Positions 33,124 to 34,199 of a stretch of 34,199 nucleotides of DNA are shown here, piece after piece (within the stretch, counting starts at the first letter, position 1; every line of letters begins with the position of its first letter). The notes under the pieces were generated by a model, which was not told the DNA's origin, searched no databases, and saw nothing but the letters and a program-made list of their open reading frames with translations. The translations under genes were made by a program, and so were the position numbers. Source of the DNA: Candidatus Wallbacteria bacterium (GTDB lineage: Bacteria > Muiribacteriota > UBA6191 > JACPRK01). The stretch lies in the NCBI GenBank assembly GCA_016199905.1, contig JACQFU010000396.1:1-34199 (forward strand). The letters are read 5' to 3'.

Positions 33124-33496
33124 CCTCCAGCACCCTCTCAACCGCCTCGCGAACATCCGCGGCCCTGCACGGTTTGTTGAGATAGGGCACGTGGGTACGG
33201 TCCAGGAACGCGCTGATGTCGTCGCCGTAGATGTCGCCGGTGACGAGCAGGAATCGCTGCAACAGGGCGGGCCAGTTGAGTGCGATCTGTTCGTAGAGCT
33301 CCGAACCCAGGTAGCCGGGCATTCGCCAGTCGCTGATGACCAGATCGAACTTCCTGGCTCCCAGGAGTTGGATCGCCTCGGGCGCGCTGGTCGCGGCAGT
33401 GACTTCATGGCCGAGGGACTTCAAGACGCGGGAGAGGAATTCTCCCACGTCGAGCTCGTCATCCACGACCAAGACTTGCAGTTTTTCGTCCGGCAT
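33110..33496 (-). CDS. Single-domain (CheY-like) response regulator
   Basis: VLVVDDE, phospho-acceptor context DLVISDWRMPG, and conserved LNKP. GAGGAA lies 5 nt upstream of the ATG. The 3' end overlaps the kinase 3' end by 14 bp. Confidence 0.88.
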   Translation of the reverse strand: MPDEKLQVLVVDDELDVGEFLSRVLKSLGHEVTAATSAPEAIQLLGARKFDLVISDWRMPGYLGSELYEQIALNWPALLQRFLLVTGDIYGDDISAFLDRTHVPYLNKPCRAADVREAVERVLEATRS

Positions 33497-33580
33497 CGAG
33501 TTTCCTCATAGGGAGCATAACATGACGGTTCACAGGCAGTTACTACCTTTCCAGAGAGTTGGCGCCAGGAGCGGAATCGG

Positions 33581-33589
33581 TGCTATCCT
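33581..33589 (+). promoter_or_regulatory. Putative extended -10 element TGcTATCCT upstream of cutA
   Basis: Fits TGnTAnnnT, 24 nt upstream of ATG 33613. AGGAG lies between the element and the start. Confidence 0.3.
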
Positions 33590-33612
33590 GGGCTCATCCG
33601 GCAGGAGAAACG

Positions 33613-33945
33613 ATGGACCAGACCCGCGAAGGCTACCGCCTCTTGATCTGCAACTGCCCGCCCGAAAAGGCTTCCGGGATCGCGGAGAACTTGGTGCAAG
33701 AGAGACTCGTAGCCTGCGCCAACATCGTCCCCGGCGTCGAAAGCGTCTACCGCTGGAAAGGCGAACTGTGCCGCGACCGGGAGTCGACGCTCCTGCTGAA
33801 GACGCGCGCGGCGCTGGTCGACGCCGTGACGCGCCGAATCGTCGAACTGCATCCCTACGAGGTCCCGGAGGTTCTCTCCGTCGAATTGCAACTCGCCGAG
33901 GGCGAGCGGCGATACTTCGACTGGATCGACCGGGAAACCGCGTAG
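33613..33945 (+). CDS. cutA: Divalent-cation tolerance protein CutA
   Basis: The start was set at the internal ATG 33613, preceded by AGGAG at 5 nt. Motifs: LVACANIVPGVESVYRWKGEL, LLLKT, HPYEVPEV, YFDWI. Confidence 0.88.
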   Translation: MDQTREGYRLLICNCPPEKASGIAENLVQERLVACANIVPGVESVYRWKGELCRDRESTLLLKTRAALVDAVTRRIVELHPYEVPEVLSVELQLAEGERRYFDWIDRETA

Positions 33946-33967
33946 CGCTCGGGCGGCCCGGCTTGCC

Positions 33968-34141
33968 TCAGCGCAGCCGCAGATCGCCCAAGTCCGGCTT
34001 GGCCGACGGCACGGCGGGAGCGCCTTCCTTGGGGACCTGGGTAAAGGTCTCCTTGGCGTCCTTGCAGAGATCCTCTATTGTCACTGACTTCTGTTGGCGT
34101 CGGATAGCCACCCTGGTGCGAGGTCTGATCCATAGACCCAT
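33968..34141 (-). CDS. Possible small ORF (57 aa), unknown
   Basis: Below the track's length cutoff. The frame ...VTIEDLCKDAKETFTQVPKEGAPAVPSAKPDLGDLRLR* has very high GC3 in its 3' two-thirds, unlike the listed 100-aa ORF in another frame. There is no SD, no recognisable family, and the start is unclear. Confidence 0.2.
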   Translation of the reverse strand: MGLWIRPRTRVAIRRQQKSVTIEDLCKDAKETFTQVPKEGAPAVPSAKPDLGDLRLR

Positions 34142-34199
34142 GAGAAGTCCGTCCCACGCTGTAGCCCGACCCGTAACATGCGCATGACAGGCCTACGAG

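Noticed and set aside
33855-34157. 100-aa minus-strand ORF in the track
   Set aside because: The composition is Gly/Arg/Ser/Gln-rich and non-protein-like. It overlaps the cutA 3' end, and a different frame in the same region carries the GC3 signal.
1-34199. Search for CRISPR arrays, tRNA/rRNA genes, transposases, integrases and phage genes
   Set aside because: Reading both strands revealed no regularly spaced direct repeats, no cloverleaf-compatible segments, no rRNA-like regions, and no ORF with DDE, tyrosine-recombinase or serine-recombinase motifs. Absence is by eye only; an Infernal/tRNAscan/ISfinder run would be definitive.

Overview
High-GC (roughly two-thirds G+C by eye) bacterial chromosomal segment, densely coding on both strands. 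I support about 28 protein genes. I found no rRNA, tRNA, CRISPR array, transposase or integrase. All family calls come from motif-level reading of the translated ORFs; no database search was run. Recognisable genes: YceI-like protein, IMP dehydrogenase (guaB), a TIGR02757/DUF2400 protein, a MoxR ATPase - DUF58 - transglutaminase operon, methylated-DNA-protein-cysteine methyltransferase (ogt), SRPBCC protein, YbjQ-family protein, GT2 glycosyltransferase, secreted thioredoxin-like protein, arginase-family ureohydrolase, a REC-PAS-histidine kinase with a stand-alone response regulator, and CutA. Less ordinary content: (i) a divergent four-gene cluster (17.9-27.4 kb). It holds a 1320-aa Hanks Ser/Thr kinase with an embedded DnaJ-like 4xCxxC zinc finger and C-terminal membrane helices, translationally coupled to a periplasmic FGE-sulfatase-fold protein that lacks the FGE catalytic cysteines. 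Facing it is an 800-aa fusion protein whose class-V aminotransferase domain has Met where the PLP Schiff-base Lys should be, followed by a 672-aa glycine-zipper protein. (ii) An orphan Flp-type pilin gene behind a near-consensus sigma54 -24/-12 promoter. (iii) A metallo-beta-lactamase-fold protein fused to two cyclic-nucleotide-binding domains. (iv) Several large secreted proteins with no recognisable domains. (v) A 16-bp perfect inverted repeat in a 375-bp intergenic region beside a PqqD-like gene fragment at the left edge. Many long Arg/Pro/Gly/Ala-rich ORFs in the track are antisense or out-of-frame shadow ORFs typical of high-GC DNA and were rejected. The phylogenetic source cannot be determined from the sequence alone.
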